Position numbers and translations under genes: made by a program
Origin: Thermoplasmata archaeon
GTDB taxonomy: Archaea; Thermoplasmatota; Thermoplasmata; Lutacidiplasmatales; UBA184
Direction: 5' to 3'
Assembly: GCA_030038885.1 (NCBI GenBank)
Contig: JASHQY010000175.1
Location: 1-34,862 of the forward strand
DNA length: 34,862 nt
Notes under the pieces: generated by a model
The model's input: only the letters and a program-made list of their open reading frames with translations
What the model was told of the DNA's origin: nothing
Database searches by the model: none
Shown: piece after piece, positions 1 to 8,721 of the stretch
How positions within the stretch are numbered: position 1 is the stretch's first letter
Layout of the letters: every line of letters begins with the position of its first letter

Positions 1-262
1 GCAGATGGGTCGTGCCGTACCACATCAGCGTCACCCGCTGCGCCGCGGCCGGCCACGCCGCGCCGGTCACCCACGGCGTGTTGTTGCAGCCCACGTAGAT
101 CGGGGAGCCCCCGTTGCTCGCGGTGCCGGGGTTGCCGAGCTCGTACCAGGGCTCCGGGGGTGGGAGCCGGGGGAGGACGAGGTAGACGCCGACCCCGGAG
201 AGGACGACCGCGCCGGCGACCGCCGCCGCGAGCCATCGGCGCCGGGAGAGGGTGCCGGTCAT
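1..262 (-). CDS. Partial (runs off the left edge) secreted or membrane-anchored protein with a twin-arginine-like N-terminus
   Basis: Not in the ORF track. Manual translation from ATG 262 gives MTGTLSRRRWLAAAVAGAVVLSGVGVYLVLPRLPPPEPWYELGNPG..., open to the window edge, with SRRxWL followed by a hydrophobic helix. Confidence 0.7.
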   Translation of the reverse strand, partial: MTGTLSRRRWLAAAVAGAVVLSGVGVYLVLPRLPPPEPWYELGNPGTASNGGSPIYVGCNNTPWVTGAAWPAAAQRVTLMWYGTTHL

Positions 263-555
263 CCCGACTCGAGACCCGGCGCTCCCCGCGCAGTTCCCGG
301 TCCGTCGGACGTCGCGGGGAAGAGGAACATCGAGTCGAAGCCGGAATGGGGTCGGGGTAAAGGACGTTCCCCCGCGGCCGGAACCTCGCACCGCGGGCGG
401 CGGGCGGATGCCTTCCGCCGCCGGAGACTCCTCGGCGTGCCCTCCTCGACGCCACCTACGACCGCGGGGCGACGCCCGCCCCCGGGGGGCCGTCGAGCAG
501 GGGGCGAGGCAATGCTCTTGGTGGCGAACACCTCCCGGCCACCGGCGGAGTTGCG

Positions 556-1398
556 GTGTCGGCCGGCGGGGAGGACCGCTTCGATCGTCGGCTGCGCTCG
601 GCCGACCCGGCGTTCGCCGTCGTGGTGGGGAGGATGCCCCTCCAGGACCGATTCCCGCTTCCGAAGGACTGGTTGCGCTGTGAGGTGCTGGAGCGGCACT
701 TGGTGCTTCAATGCGCCCGTGTGGTGCCGAGCACTCGGGTGCTCGAGGTCGGGTCGGGAGCTCACGCCCTTGCGACGATCCCCCTGGCCCACGCCGTGGG
801 GACGAACGGACGGTTGCTGGCCCTCGAGCGAGAGCGGTGGGGCCAGTTCGGCACCCTCGTCCGCGCGAGCGGGCTTGCCGAGAGGGTGCATCCGCTGCGC
901 GGCGACGCCCGCCAGTTGCCACTCCGGACGGATTCGGTCGATCTCGCGGTGTGCGTCCACGGTATCCGATCGCTCGGGAGCGAGGAGCACATGATCGAGG
1001 TGTTCCACGAGATGCTGCGAGCCTCTCCTCGAATCTTCCTTTCGGAGTCGCTACCGATCGCCCGCAGCGACGCCCAGCGCGCGCACCTGGCGATGTACGA
1101 CCTGCGGGAGGAGGTATTTCTGGAGACCCACGGGCGAAGGGACGACCTCCACTACCTTCCGCTCGACCGGCTCGTCGCGCTCGCGGAGCGCGCCGGAGGG
1201 TCCGTGCACGGGTCCGGCTCGCTGGACGTCGATCTCCCCCACGCGCTCGCATACTTTCCGCGTTCGTTGGTCGAAGCGATTCCTCCGGGCGGTCGGCGGG
1301 AGGACCTGCTTCGACGCTGGGCCGAAGCGGAGGCGATGCGGGAACGATACGGGACGGACCACCCTCCGGTGGGTTGGATCGAGGCCACGCGGTCGTAG
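556..1398 (+). CDS. Class I SAM-dependent methyltransferase
   Basis: Motif I VLEVGSG, acidic residue after beta-2 (LALE), GDARQLP and SVDLAV. Start could be GTG 556 or ATG 634. Confidence 0.8.
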   Translation: MSAGGEDRFDRRLRSADPAFAVVVGRMPLQDRFPLPKDWLRCEVLERHLVLQCARVVPSTRVLEVGSGAHALATIPLAHAVGTNGRLLALERERWGQFGTLVRASGLAERVHPLRGDARQLPLRTDSVDLAVCVHGIRSLGSEEHMIEVFHEMLRASPRIFLSESLPIARSDAQRAHLAMYDLREEVFLETHGRRDDLHYLPLDRLVALAERAGGSVHGSGSLDVDLPHALAYFPRSLVEAIPPGGRREDLLRRWAEAEAMRERYGTDHPPVGWIEATRS

Positions 1399-1467
1399 GA
1401 CGGCTGCCGGACGAAGGGGGGCCGTCCCCGTAGGCCGCCCACGCCGCGCCCTCCACCGGTGAGACAG

Positions 1468-1541
1468 TGGACTGGTCGGGATTTGAACCCGAGGCCTCCG
1501 GTTTGCAAAACCGGCGATCTTCCGGACTGATCTACCAGCCC
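1468..1541 (-). tRNA. tRNA-Ala (anticodon TGC)
   Basis: Reverse complement GGGCTGG..GATC..GATC..CCGGT-TTTGCAA-ACCGG..TCGGG-TTCAAAT-CCCGA-CCAGTCC-A folds into a cloverleaf. G3:U70 Ala identity pair present; no intron; CCA not encoded. Confidence 0.97.
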
Positions 1542-1662
1542 ATCTGCTCGGGAAGGTGGGCTCGTCCATCTTAGCCTTTGGCACGCGCCGCGCACCGTCG
1601 GGAACGGGGCTCGCACGCTCGCCGTGAGGAAAGGACTTCTACCCCGCCCGGGTCGATGGAGC

Positions 1663-2691
1663 GTGCGGCTGAGCGCCTTCACGGTCGTCGACTCGCCGAC
1701 GGGAGGGGCGGACGGCGTCGCGGACCGCTACGCCGACGTGCTGCGCCTGGCCGAGGCGGCCGAGGAGGGAGGGCTCTCGACCCTGTGGATCGCCGAGCAC
1801 CACTTCCAGCCGGGAGGGCTCTGCCCCTCGCCCCCGGTCCTGCTCGCGGCCTGCGGGCAGCGGACCCGGCGCGTCCGGCTGGGCGTGCTGGTCAGCGTGC
1901 TCCCGTTCCATCGCCCGATCGAGCTGGCCGAGCAGTACGCGATGGTCGACCGGCTGACCCACGGGCGGCTCAACCTGGGCGTCGGCAGCGGCTACATCCC
2001 GATCGAGTTCGAGGGCTTCGGGGTCGACCCGGCGACGAAGCGTGAGCGGTTCGACCGTGCGCTCGAGACGCTGCTCGCGGCCCTCGACGGGCGCGAGGTG
2101 CGGGCGGACGAGCCCGGCGCCCGGCCCGTGCGGCTCAACGTCCTCCCCCTCCAGCGGCCGCACCCTCCGCTCTGGATCGCGGTCCAGCGGCGCGAGGCGA
2201 TCCCGTACGTCGCGCGGCGGGCGTGCTCGCTCGCCCTCATTCCGTACGCGACCCTCGCGAACCTCGCGGAGCTGGCGGACGAGATCCGCGAGTTCCGGGC
2301 GCACCTTCCCCCGGGCGCGTCCGCCGAGGTGGCCGTCGCGCTCCACCTCTACGCGGGACCACGGCCGGACGCCGCCCGCGCGGCGTTCCAGCGATATCTC
2401 GACTCCCGCCTCGCGACCCAGTCCGCGTTCTACCAGGAGAAGGTCCGGCGCGATCCCCGGCACGCGAGCGGCTCGGCGATCGAGCAGAGCGATTTCGCCC
2501 TGTTCGGGGCCCCCGCGGAGGTCGCGCGGCGCCTCGGGGCGTTCGCGGCGATCGGCGTGGACGAGATCCTCGGGATCTTCGACTTCGGGGGCCTCGCCAC
2601 CGAGGAGGTCACCGCGTCCGTGCGGGGGCTCGGGGCCGCGATGGTCGGGGTCGGTCCCGGGTCCGTCTCGATCCCGCGGGTCGACCCGTAG
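1663..2691 (+). CDS. LLM-class (luciferase-like) flavin-dependent oxidoreductase
   Basis: WIAEHHF, PSPPVLLAA, RLGVLVSVLP, GRLNLGVGSGY and QRPHPPLWIA. GTG 1663 (MRLSAF) fits the family start better than 1624. Confidence 0.9.
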   Translation: MRLSAFTVVDSPTGGADGVADRYADVLRLAEAAEEGGLSTLWIAEHHFQPGGLCPSPPVLLAACGQRTRRVRLGVLVSVLPFHRPIELAEQYAMVDRLTHGRLNLGVGSGYIPIEFEGFGVDPATKRERFDRALETLLAALDGREVRADEPGARPVRLNVLPLQRPHPPLWIAVQRREAIPYVARRACSLALIPYATLANLAELADEIREFRAHLPPGASAEVAVALHLYAGPRPDAARAAFQRYLDSRLATQSAFYQEKVRRDPRHASGSAIEQSDFALFGAPAEVARRLGAFAAIGVDEILGIFDFGGLATEEVTASVRGLGAAMVGVGPGSVSIPRVDP

Positions 2692-2724
2692 CGATCGGTC
2701 GAGGGCGCGCAGCGCGGGCCCGGC

Positions 2725-5271
2725 CTACTGCGACCCCGACGGTGGGGTCGGGAGGGGCGGGGGCGCCTCGGCCGCCGGCGCGGGGCTCTCGGCGGGTGGC
2801 GTGGCGGCGGGCTCCTTCCATTCCGTGGCCGGCGGGTTCGAGGGCGCGGGCGCCGGTGGGGCGATCGTCTCCCCGGACGCGTTGTAGCGCGGCGCCGGCC
2901 CCGGCGGGGTGCGTCCCCGCCGGATCAGCAGGACCAGGAGGAGGCCGACGACGAGGATCACGATCAGGAGGATCAGCCAGCCGACCGTGAGCCCGCTGCC
3001 CGCGCCGAGCTCGAGGCTCAGGATCGACGGGTGCGCGTTGACGGTGAGGCCCGAGATCCCGTAGCACTCCGCGCCGTCGCAGTTCGGTCCGTAGGCGTTG
3101 CTCGCGTAGACGTACATCGTGAGATCGACGAACCCCGACGGAGTGTTCGACGGGAGCGTGATCGACACGGTGCCCGACGAGCTCGTCGTCTGCCAGTACG
3201 GGGCGACCAGCGACGTGCCCAGGTAGAGGTAGACCGAGTACGTTCCCGCGATCGGCGCGCCGCCGAGCGGGCTCAGCGACCAGGAGACGTGGATCGTCTG
3301 GCCGGGCTGGTAGCTGCCGTCCGAGTAGCTCGACGGGGTCGAGATGCCGACCAGGACCTCGAAACCGGTGGCGAGCTCGACCGTGACCGAGTTCGTGGAG
3401 TAGATTCCCACGGTCGGCGACTGGGCCCAGGCGTGGACCACGTAGACGCTCGCCGGGTTGCTCGTCGGCACCGTGAAGGAGATCACGCCGGAGCTGGGCG
3501 CGCTGCCCACCGCGACGACCCCGGAGGCGATCGTCGCTCCGGACGGGTACGCGTACCAGGTCGCGGAGATGTTGTAGTAGACGGTCGTGCCGGGCAGCGC
3601 GCTGGGAGCGATCTGCGTCGGGAACGACAGGGTCTCTCCGCCGGTGTAGTAGAGCGAGCTCGGCGCGTTCAGCAACAGGGTCGGCTGTTCGGCATAGCCG
3701 AGCGCGTAGCCCGCGAACGAGACGGTCGCGTTGGAGGCGACGACCCCCACGTAGAACTCGCCGACGTATCCCGACGGCAGCGTGACCTCGACCGTGCCGC
3801 TCGTGCCGGCGGTCGTGATCGGTCCCGCGCCGGCGAAACCGTTCGCGGTGTCGAGGAGCCACTCGCTCGCGCGGAGCGCTCCCGCGTTGGTCGCGTTGGA
3901 CGAGCCGAGCGTCCAGTTCGCGAAGACCGTCGCGCCCGCGAGGTAGTCGACCGCGTTCAGGACCACGCCGACCGCCCCCGCCGAGGCCGGGGGAAGGACC
4001 TGGAACGAGTAGTTCTCGTAGGCTCCCGGATAGCCGGGCGAGGTCGCGGCCGGATCGATCGCCGAGACGTTGACCGTGTTGCCGAACGGATAGGCGTAGT
4101 ACGCGCTGAACGTCGGGGAGGTCGGAATGAACGAGAAGGCGACCGCTCCGTTGGAGGTCGACGTCAGGACGGTCGGCGGGCTGCCGCCCGGCGTCACGTT
4201 CTGAGCGCCGTTCCAGAACCCGATCGTCACGCGAAGACCGCCGATCGGGTAGGTGGTGTGGCCCGGCACGTGGGCCCCGAGCCAGAGGCAGACGAACACC
4301 GGGGAGCCGCTCGTGAACGAGTCGTAGGCCGGAGCGCCGGGCCCCGTGCATCCGCTCTGGGGGCTCAGCGACTCCGCGAGCAGGAGCGGGGTTCCGACCG
4401 CGTACTCGACCTCGGCGGTTTCGTTCTCCGCGATCCCGCCGTCACTGTAGACGACCGCCCACAGCTCGACGAAGAGTTCGGTGTCCGGGGTCGCATTGTC
4501 CGGGACCTGGAAGGTCCACGACCCCGCCCCCACCGGCGTGAGGCTCTGGAGCCCCGGAGAGAAGAGGTTCTGCTCGGTGACGTTCGTGAACGTACCGGTG
4601 GCCGTCAGGTTCGTGAGGTGGTTGTAGATCGACCCGTTGCCGAAGGCGGTGGCGATCCAGGTCAGGCCGATCGTCTGCCCCGGCAGGGTCACCGAGCCCG
4701 CGTCCGGGCTGCCCGCGAGTGCGAGGGAGAAGGTCTCGACCGTCAGGTTGACGCTCGTGAAGCCGCCGAGCGGGGCCGAGGCGGTGATGTTCCACCCGCC
4801 CCCGATCGCGAGCGTCGCCGGGAACGAGTAGGAAAGGTGGTTCTCGGCCGTCAGGTTCTCGTGGGTGGTCTGGTTGATCTGGACGGTCGCGGAGAATACG
4901 GGGTTGACGAGTCCGTCGCGGGTCGCGTTCGGGTCGTTGATCGTGAGGTTCACGGTCCGGTCGGCCGCGGCATCGGCGACATCGAAGTAGAGCGTGCTGC
5001 CGCCGGGATAGGCGCCGTTGCCGAAGGTGAGGCAGCTCCCGGTACAGAAGAAGGTCGTGGCCGCCCCTTCGCCGTTGTAGGTCTCGAGAGCGATCGACGA
5101 GGCGTCCGGGGACGTCGCCAGGGCACCCGCCGCGGTCGCGAGGCCCGTCGAGGGGACCGCGGCCCCGGGGTCCGAGGGCGACGCGTGCGACGCCGAGACG
5201 GCGCCGTACCCTCCGAGGACGGATGCGATCAGCACGGCGGCCAACGCCCAAACGACGACGATGCGGGCCAT
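2725..5271 (-). CDS. Large cell-surface glycoprotein (signal peptide, beta-rich ectodomain, C-terminal TM anchor, Pro-rich tail)
   Basis: Hydrophobic N-terminal signal; Thr/Ser/Gly/Tyr-rich body with about 18 N-x-S/T sequons; WLILLIVILVVGLLLVLLI-RRGR anchor. Confidence 0.88.
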   Translation of the reverse strand: MARIVVVWALAAVLIASVLGGYGAVSASHASPSDPGAAVPSTGLATAAGALATSPDASSIALETYNGEGAATTFFCTGSCLTFGNGAYPGGSTLYFDVADAAADRTVNLTINDPNATRDGLVNPVFSATVQINQTTHENLTAENHLSYSFPATLAIGGGWNITASAPLGGFTSVNLTVETFSLALAGSPDAGSVTLPGQTIGLTWIATAFGNGSIYNHLTNLTATGTFTNVTEQNLFSPGLQSLTPVGAGSWTFQVPDNATPDTELFVELWAVVYSDGGIAENETAEVEYAVGTPLLLAESLSPQSGCTGPGAPAYDSFTSGSPVFVCLWLGAHVPGHTTYPIGGLRVTIGFWNGAQNVTPGGSPPTVLTSTSNGAVAFSFIPTSPTFSAYYAYPFGNTVNVSAIDPAATSPGYPGAYENYSFQVLPPASAGAVGVVLNAVDYLAGATVFANWTLGSSNATNAGALRASEWLLDTANGFAGAGPITTAGTSGTVEVTLPSGYVGEFYVGVVASNATVSFAGYALGYAEQPTLLLNAPSSLYYTGGETLSFPTQIAPSALPGTTVYYNISATWYAYPSGATIASGVVAVGSAPSSGVISFTVPTSNPASVYVVHAWAQSPTVGIYSTNSVTVELATGFEVLVGISTPSSYSDGSYQPGQTIHVSWSLSPLGGAPIAGTYSVYLYLGTSLVAPYWQTTSSSGTVSITLPSNTPSGFVDLTMYVYASNAYGPNCDGAECYGISGLTVNAHPSILSLELGAGSGLTVGWLILLIVILVVGLLLVLLIRRGRTPPGPAPRYNASGETIAPPAPAPSNPPATEWKEPAATPPAESPAPAAEAPPPLPTPPSGSQ

Positions 5272-5289
5272 CGTATGAAAGCGCGCGAC

Positions 5290-5358
5290 TCTGGTATATG
5301 AATCCGCCGAGGGCGGCGAAGCCTCGCCGGGAGGAGTTCCGAACGGACTTTATGCCGT
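5290..5358. promoter_or_regulatory. Divergent archaeal promoters for the surface protein and the MBL hydrolase
   Basis: AT-rich boxes GGTATATGAAT (~5294-5303, minus-strand gene) and CTTTATG (~5348-5354, plus-strand gene), each about 25-30 nt from the start codon. Confidence 0.55.
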
Positions 5359-5378
5359 CCGGACTACGGGGAATCGCC

Positions 5379-6068
5379 ATGACCGAGATCCTGCCCGGAG
5401 TGCATCTGGTGGACGGCGTCGACCCGAGCCCGGACTTCTCGACCCACGTGTACCTGGTGAAGGACCGGGGGTCGACCTGGACCCTGATCGACACCGGCCT
5501 TCCCGGCGCCCACGCGGCGATCGAGCGCTACCTGGCCGAGCACCGGATCGAGCCGACCTCGATCAAGAAGATCCTATTGACGCACCTGCACCGCGACCAC
5601 GTCGGCTCGCTGAAGCCGATCGCGAACCGGACCCACGCGAAGACCTACGCGCACTGGATCGAGGCCGCCTACATCGCCTGCGACCCGCCGTACGTGGGCC
5701 CGGGGTCGCCTCCGGCCGAGCCGTTCACGGTCGACGAGACGTTCAAGGACGGGGACTCGATCGACGCCGCGGGCGGGCTGATCGCCTACCACACGCCCGG
5801 CCACACTCCAGGGCACACCTCGTACTACCAGCCCGAACGCAAGCTCCTGTTCTCGGGCGACCTCTTCTTCGTGGACGGGGAGAAGGTTTCCCTGACGCCC
5901 GACGAGTTCACCCACCACCCCTCGACGGCGCTGATCTCGGCTCGTCGGATGAACCAGCTCTCGGTCGAGTCCCTGATGAGCTACCACGGCGGGCCGATCC
6001 TGAAGAACGGCGGCACGGCGATGCGCGCGTTCCGCGCGAGCCCCGCGGCCACCGGGGGCCGGCGGTAG
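5379..6068 (+). CDS. Metallo-beta-lactamase-fold hydrolase (glyoxalase II-like)
   Basis: LIDTG, THLHRDHVG (HxHxDH), TPGHTPGH, FSGD and a final His (SYHG). Start at ATG 5379 (MTEIL). Confidence 0.92.
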   Translation: MTEILPGVHLVDGVDPSPDFSTHVYLVKDRGSTWTLIDTGLPGAHAAIERYLAEHRIEPTSIKKILLTHLHRDHVGSLKPIANRTHAKTYAHWIEAAYIACDPPYVGPGSPPAEPFTVDETFKDGDSIDAAGGLIAYHTPGHTPGHTSYYQPERKLLFSGDLFFVDGEKVSLTPDEFTHHPSTALISARRMNQLSVESLMSYHGGPILKNGGTAMRAFRASPAATGGRR

Positions 6069-6096
6069 CTCCCGTCGGCCCCGGCGGGGGCGGCGA

Positions 6097-6171
6097 TGGG
6101 ACTGGCCAGATTTGAACTGGCGTCTCGGAGTCCCGAACCCCGAAGGATGGACCAAGCTACCCCACAGTCCC
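6097..6171 (-). tRNA. tRNA-Pro (anticodon CGG)
   Basis: Reverse complement GGGACTG..CGGGG-TTCGGGA-CTCCG..GCCAG-TTCAAAT-CTGGC-CAGTCCC-A forms a cloverleaf; no intron; CCA not encoded. Confidence 0.96.
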
Positions 6172-6304
6172 AGCGCCGCGTCCGGCGACCCCGCGGCGAT
6201 ATTTGAGCGCGCGGTCGCCGACGGACGACGCGCGGTGGGGGACGCGTTCCACGACCCCTCGGGTGCGCTCTTCAACCCCTGCGGCCCTCGAGGAGAGCGA
6301 ACCC

Positions 6305-7642
6305 ATGGCCGAGGTGTCGGCGGCCCCGCCGCTCCCCGTATCCCCGCTCGCCTCGCTCTCGTGGAGCATCCCGGGCCTGCGCGAGGACCCGACGATGTGC
6401 GTCCGGTGCCGCTCGGCCCAGCTGCTCTGCGGCAAGCCGGTCTGCCCGATCCTCGTGAAGTACCACGCGTTCGAACGGACCCTTCCGCTCGTGGGTGGGG
6501 CGGAGCTCTCGGGGTCTTCGCCTCCCGGGGTGTTCGTCGGGCGGTACGGGTACCCCAAGGTCTCGTTCGGCCCGCTCCTGAGCCCCGAGCACGGCTCGAC
6601 CGAGCTCCTCGACAGCCCGGAGGACTGGGTCGGCCGTTCGGTCGCCGAGGTCGTGTCGTTCCGGACCGGGCTCGTCCGCGGCACGGCCCCGATCCGCGTG
6701 ACGGACGCCGAGCGGCCGATCCGCCTGCTCGAGGATCTCCAGCTCCTCGGGATCGCGGCGGAGTCCGCCGAGAGCGAGGCCCGCTTCCGCCGGCCGCCCC
6801 GGGGCCACCTCGCGCTCTCGGACTCGACGCCCCCGTTCGGGCCGTCGGCCCCGATCGAGCGGTTCCGACTCGACGTGCGCCGGGTGGACCCGAACCTCGA
6901 CCGCCTCGCCTCGGACACCGCGGCCAGCGCCCGGATCGCGGTCGGGGAGCTCTACGAGCGGGGGGTCCGGGTGAGCCGCATCCAGCGGGCGTTCAGCGTG
7001 GGGACCCTCGGCCGACGGGGGCATCGCCGCCTCGTTCCGACCCGCTGGAGCATCACGGCGGTCGACGACCTCCTGTCGAAGCAGAACCTCGAGCGGGTCC
7101 GCGGGCTGCCCGAGCTCGCCGAGATCGAGGTCCACCGGCTGACCGCGTTGGACAACCGCTGGCTGATCGTCTTCCTTCCGGGGGCGTACCGGTACGAGTC
7201 GATCGAGGCGTGGTACCCGAACACCCTCTGGAACCCGAACCCCACGAACCTCGTGATCATGGGGGACCACGAGGGCCACGACGGGCGCACGACGTACGCG
7301 TCGATCGGCGGCTGCTACTACGCCGCCCGGCTCGCGACCAGCGAGGCCCTGCTCGCCCGCGGACGCCAGGCCGGGGTCCTCGTGCTCCGGGAGGTCCACC
7401 CGGGGGAGATCCTGCCGCTCGGGGTCTGGAACGTCCGGGAGTACGTGCGTGCCGCGCTCACCCGACCGGCCGAGCGCCTCGCGACCCTCGCGGACCTCGC
7501 GGCCACGATCGGCGCGACGTTCGCGATCCCGGTCGCCCGGTGGCTCGCGGCGAGCGCGGTGCTCCACGAGGCGCGGACGCAGCGCCGCCTCGACGAGTGG
7601 CTCGTACCCGACCCCGCGCGACCCGGCTCGGGGACTAACTGA
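6305..7642 (+). CDS. nreA: Nre-family archaeal DNA repair protein (PCNA-interacting)
   Basis: CVRC...LCGKPVCP Zn site, GSSPPGVFVGRYGYPKV, RRLVPTRWSITAVD, GGCYYAARL, PLGVWNVRE and C-terminal PIP box QRRLDEW. Confidence 0.93.
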   Translation: MAEVSAAPPLPVSPLASLSWSIPGLREDPTMCVRCRSAQLLCGKPVCPILVKYHAFERTLPLVGGAELSGSSPPGVFVGRYGYPKVSFGPLLSPEHGSTELLDSPEDWVGRSVAEVVSFRTGLVRGTAPIRVTDAERPIRLLEDLQLLGIAAESAESEARFRRPPRGHLALSDSTPPFGPSAPIERFRLDVRRVDPNLDRLASDTAASARIAVGELYERGVRVSRIQRAFSVGTLGRRGHRRLVPTRWSITAVDDLLSKQNLERVRGLPELAEIEVHRLTALDNRWLIVFLPGAYRYESIEAWYPNTLWNPNPTNLVIMGDHEGHDGRTTYASIGGCYYAARLATSEALLARGRQAGVLVLREVHPGEILPLGVWNVREYVRAALTRPAERLATLADLAATIGATFAIPVARWLAASAVLHEARTQRRLDEWLVPDPARPGSGTN

Positions 7643-8567
7643 ACCGCTCGCCGCACTGGCCGCAGAAGGTGTCGGCCGGGCCCCTTGCCGCCCCGCACTT
7701 CGGGCAGGCCGTCGGGGTGCGCGGGGACCCGCACCCGCGGCAGAAGAGGTCGGCGGCGGTGGTCGGATGGCCACAGAGGGGGCAGCGCGACGCGCTCGCC
7801 GCGCTCTCGGCCGCGGCCTGGACGTCGACCCGAGGCATGTCCGGGGCCGCCCCGCGCGTGGCCGGGCTGGTCGCCACGGTCTCGACGTTCCCGCCGAGCC
7901 CCCGGCGTCCCTTGAGCGCGAGGCGCAGCGCGTCCGTGTACCGCCCCGCCTCGAACGCCGTTCGGGCCTCTCGCTGCAGCTCGATCCCGGCGCGGGTCTC
8001 GGGGTCGTCCGCCCGGCGGGCCGTCGCGGCGTCGACCTCCGAGTCGAGGAGCCGGAGCTGGAACTGAGCTTCCGCACGGCCGCGGGGCAGGTTCGGGGGC
8101 GTCGGCGCGGACAGGTCGGACGGGGAGCCCCGGCCGGCGGGAGCCGGCCCCGACGGGGCGGCGGCCGCCGCCGCGAGCGGTCCGGACCGCGACGGGAAGG
8201 GGTCGGCGGACCGGAGCGGGGCCGTTCCCCCGGCCCGCGCCTGCACGAGCGATTCGTGCGCGGATTGGGCGAGCTCGTACGCCCGGTCGAACTGGCGGAG
8301 GTCCATCGCCGACTGGGCCTGGGCGATCAGCTCGCGGGCGCGCGCGACATCCGTCCCCTGGCGCGCCACGATGTCGGCCTCCCGGCGGGCCATCCCGAGC
8401 CGGTTGAACGCCCGGTCCGAATCGAGACGCGGGGAGTGGCGCAGCTCGCTCAGGAGCTGGGCCTTGCGCTGCTTCAGCCGCCGCAGCGCGAGGAGGAGGA
8501 CCGCGACGACCGCGACCCCGAGGACGACCGCGGCGAACACCAGGTAGTAGACCTGTTCGGTTGCCAC
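7635..8567 (-). CDS. Membrane-anchored helical-repeat protein with C-terminal double zinc ribbon
   Basis: N-terminal TM helix plus RRLK; two similar helical units; CPLCG..FCRGCG..CPKCG..FCGQCG; GAGGA before the GTG start. Confidence 0.85.
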   Translation of the reverse strand: MATEQVYYLVFAAVVLGVAVVAVLLLALRRLKQRKAQLLSELRHSPRLDSDRAFNRLGMARREADIVARQGTDVARARELIAQAQSAMDLRQFDRAYELAQSAHESLVQARAGGTAPLRSADPFPSRSGPLAAAAAAPSGPAPAGRGSPSDLSAPTPPNLPRGRAEAQFQLRLLDSEVDAATARRADDPETRAGIELQREARTAFEAGRYTDALRLALKGRRGLGGNVETVATSPATRGAAPDMPRVDVQAAAESAASASRCPLCGHPTTAADLFCRGCGSPRTPTACPKCGAARGPADTFCGQCGERFS

Positions 8568-8721
8568 ACGTCCTCGTTCCGCGGGCTCCGTCGTCCGTCG
8601 GCGCGCGGGGACGGGACCACGACGTAACTGGAGGTTTCCAGTATTTAGCCCGACGGTCCGCGGCGTCCCGAGAGGCGTCGCCGCCGGGCCGGCCGCGCCG
8701 ACCGCGGACGGTGCCCCGGTC

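Noticed and set aside
263-555. GC-rich hairpins between the edge gene and the methyltransferase
   Set aside because: Short all-GC stems such as CCCGCGG/CCGCGGG are expected by chance at this composition.
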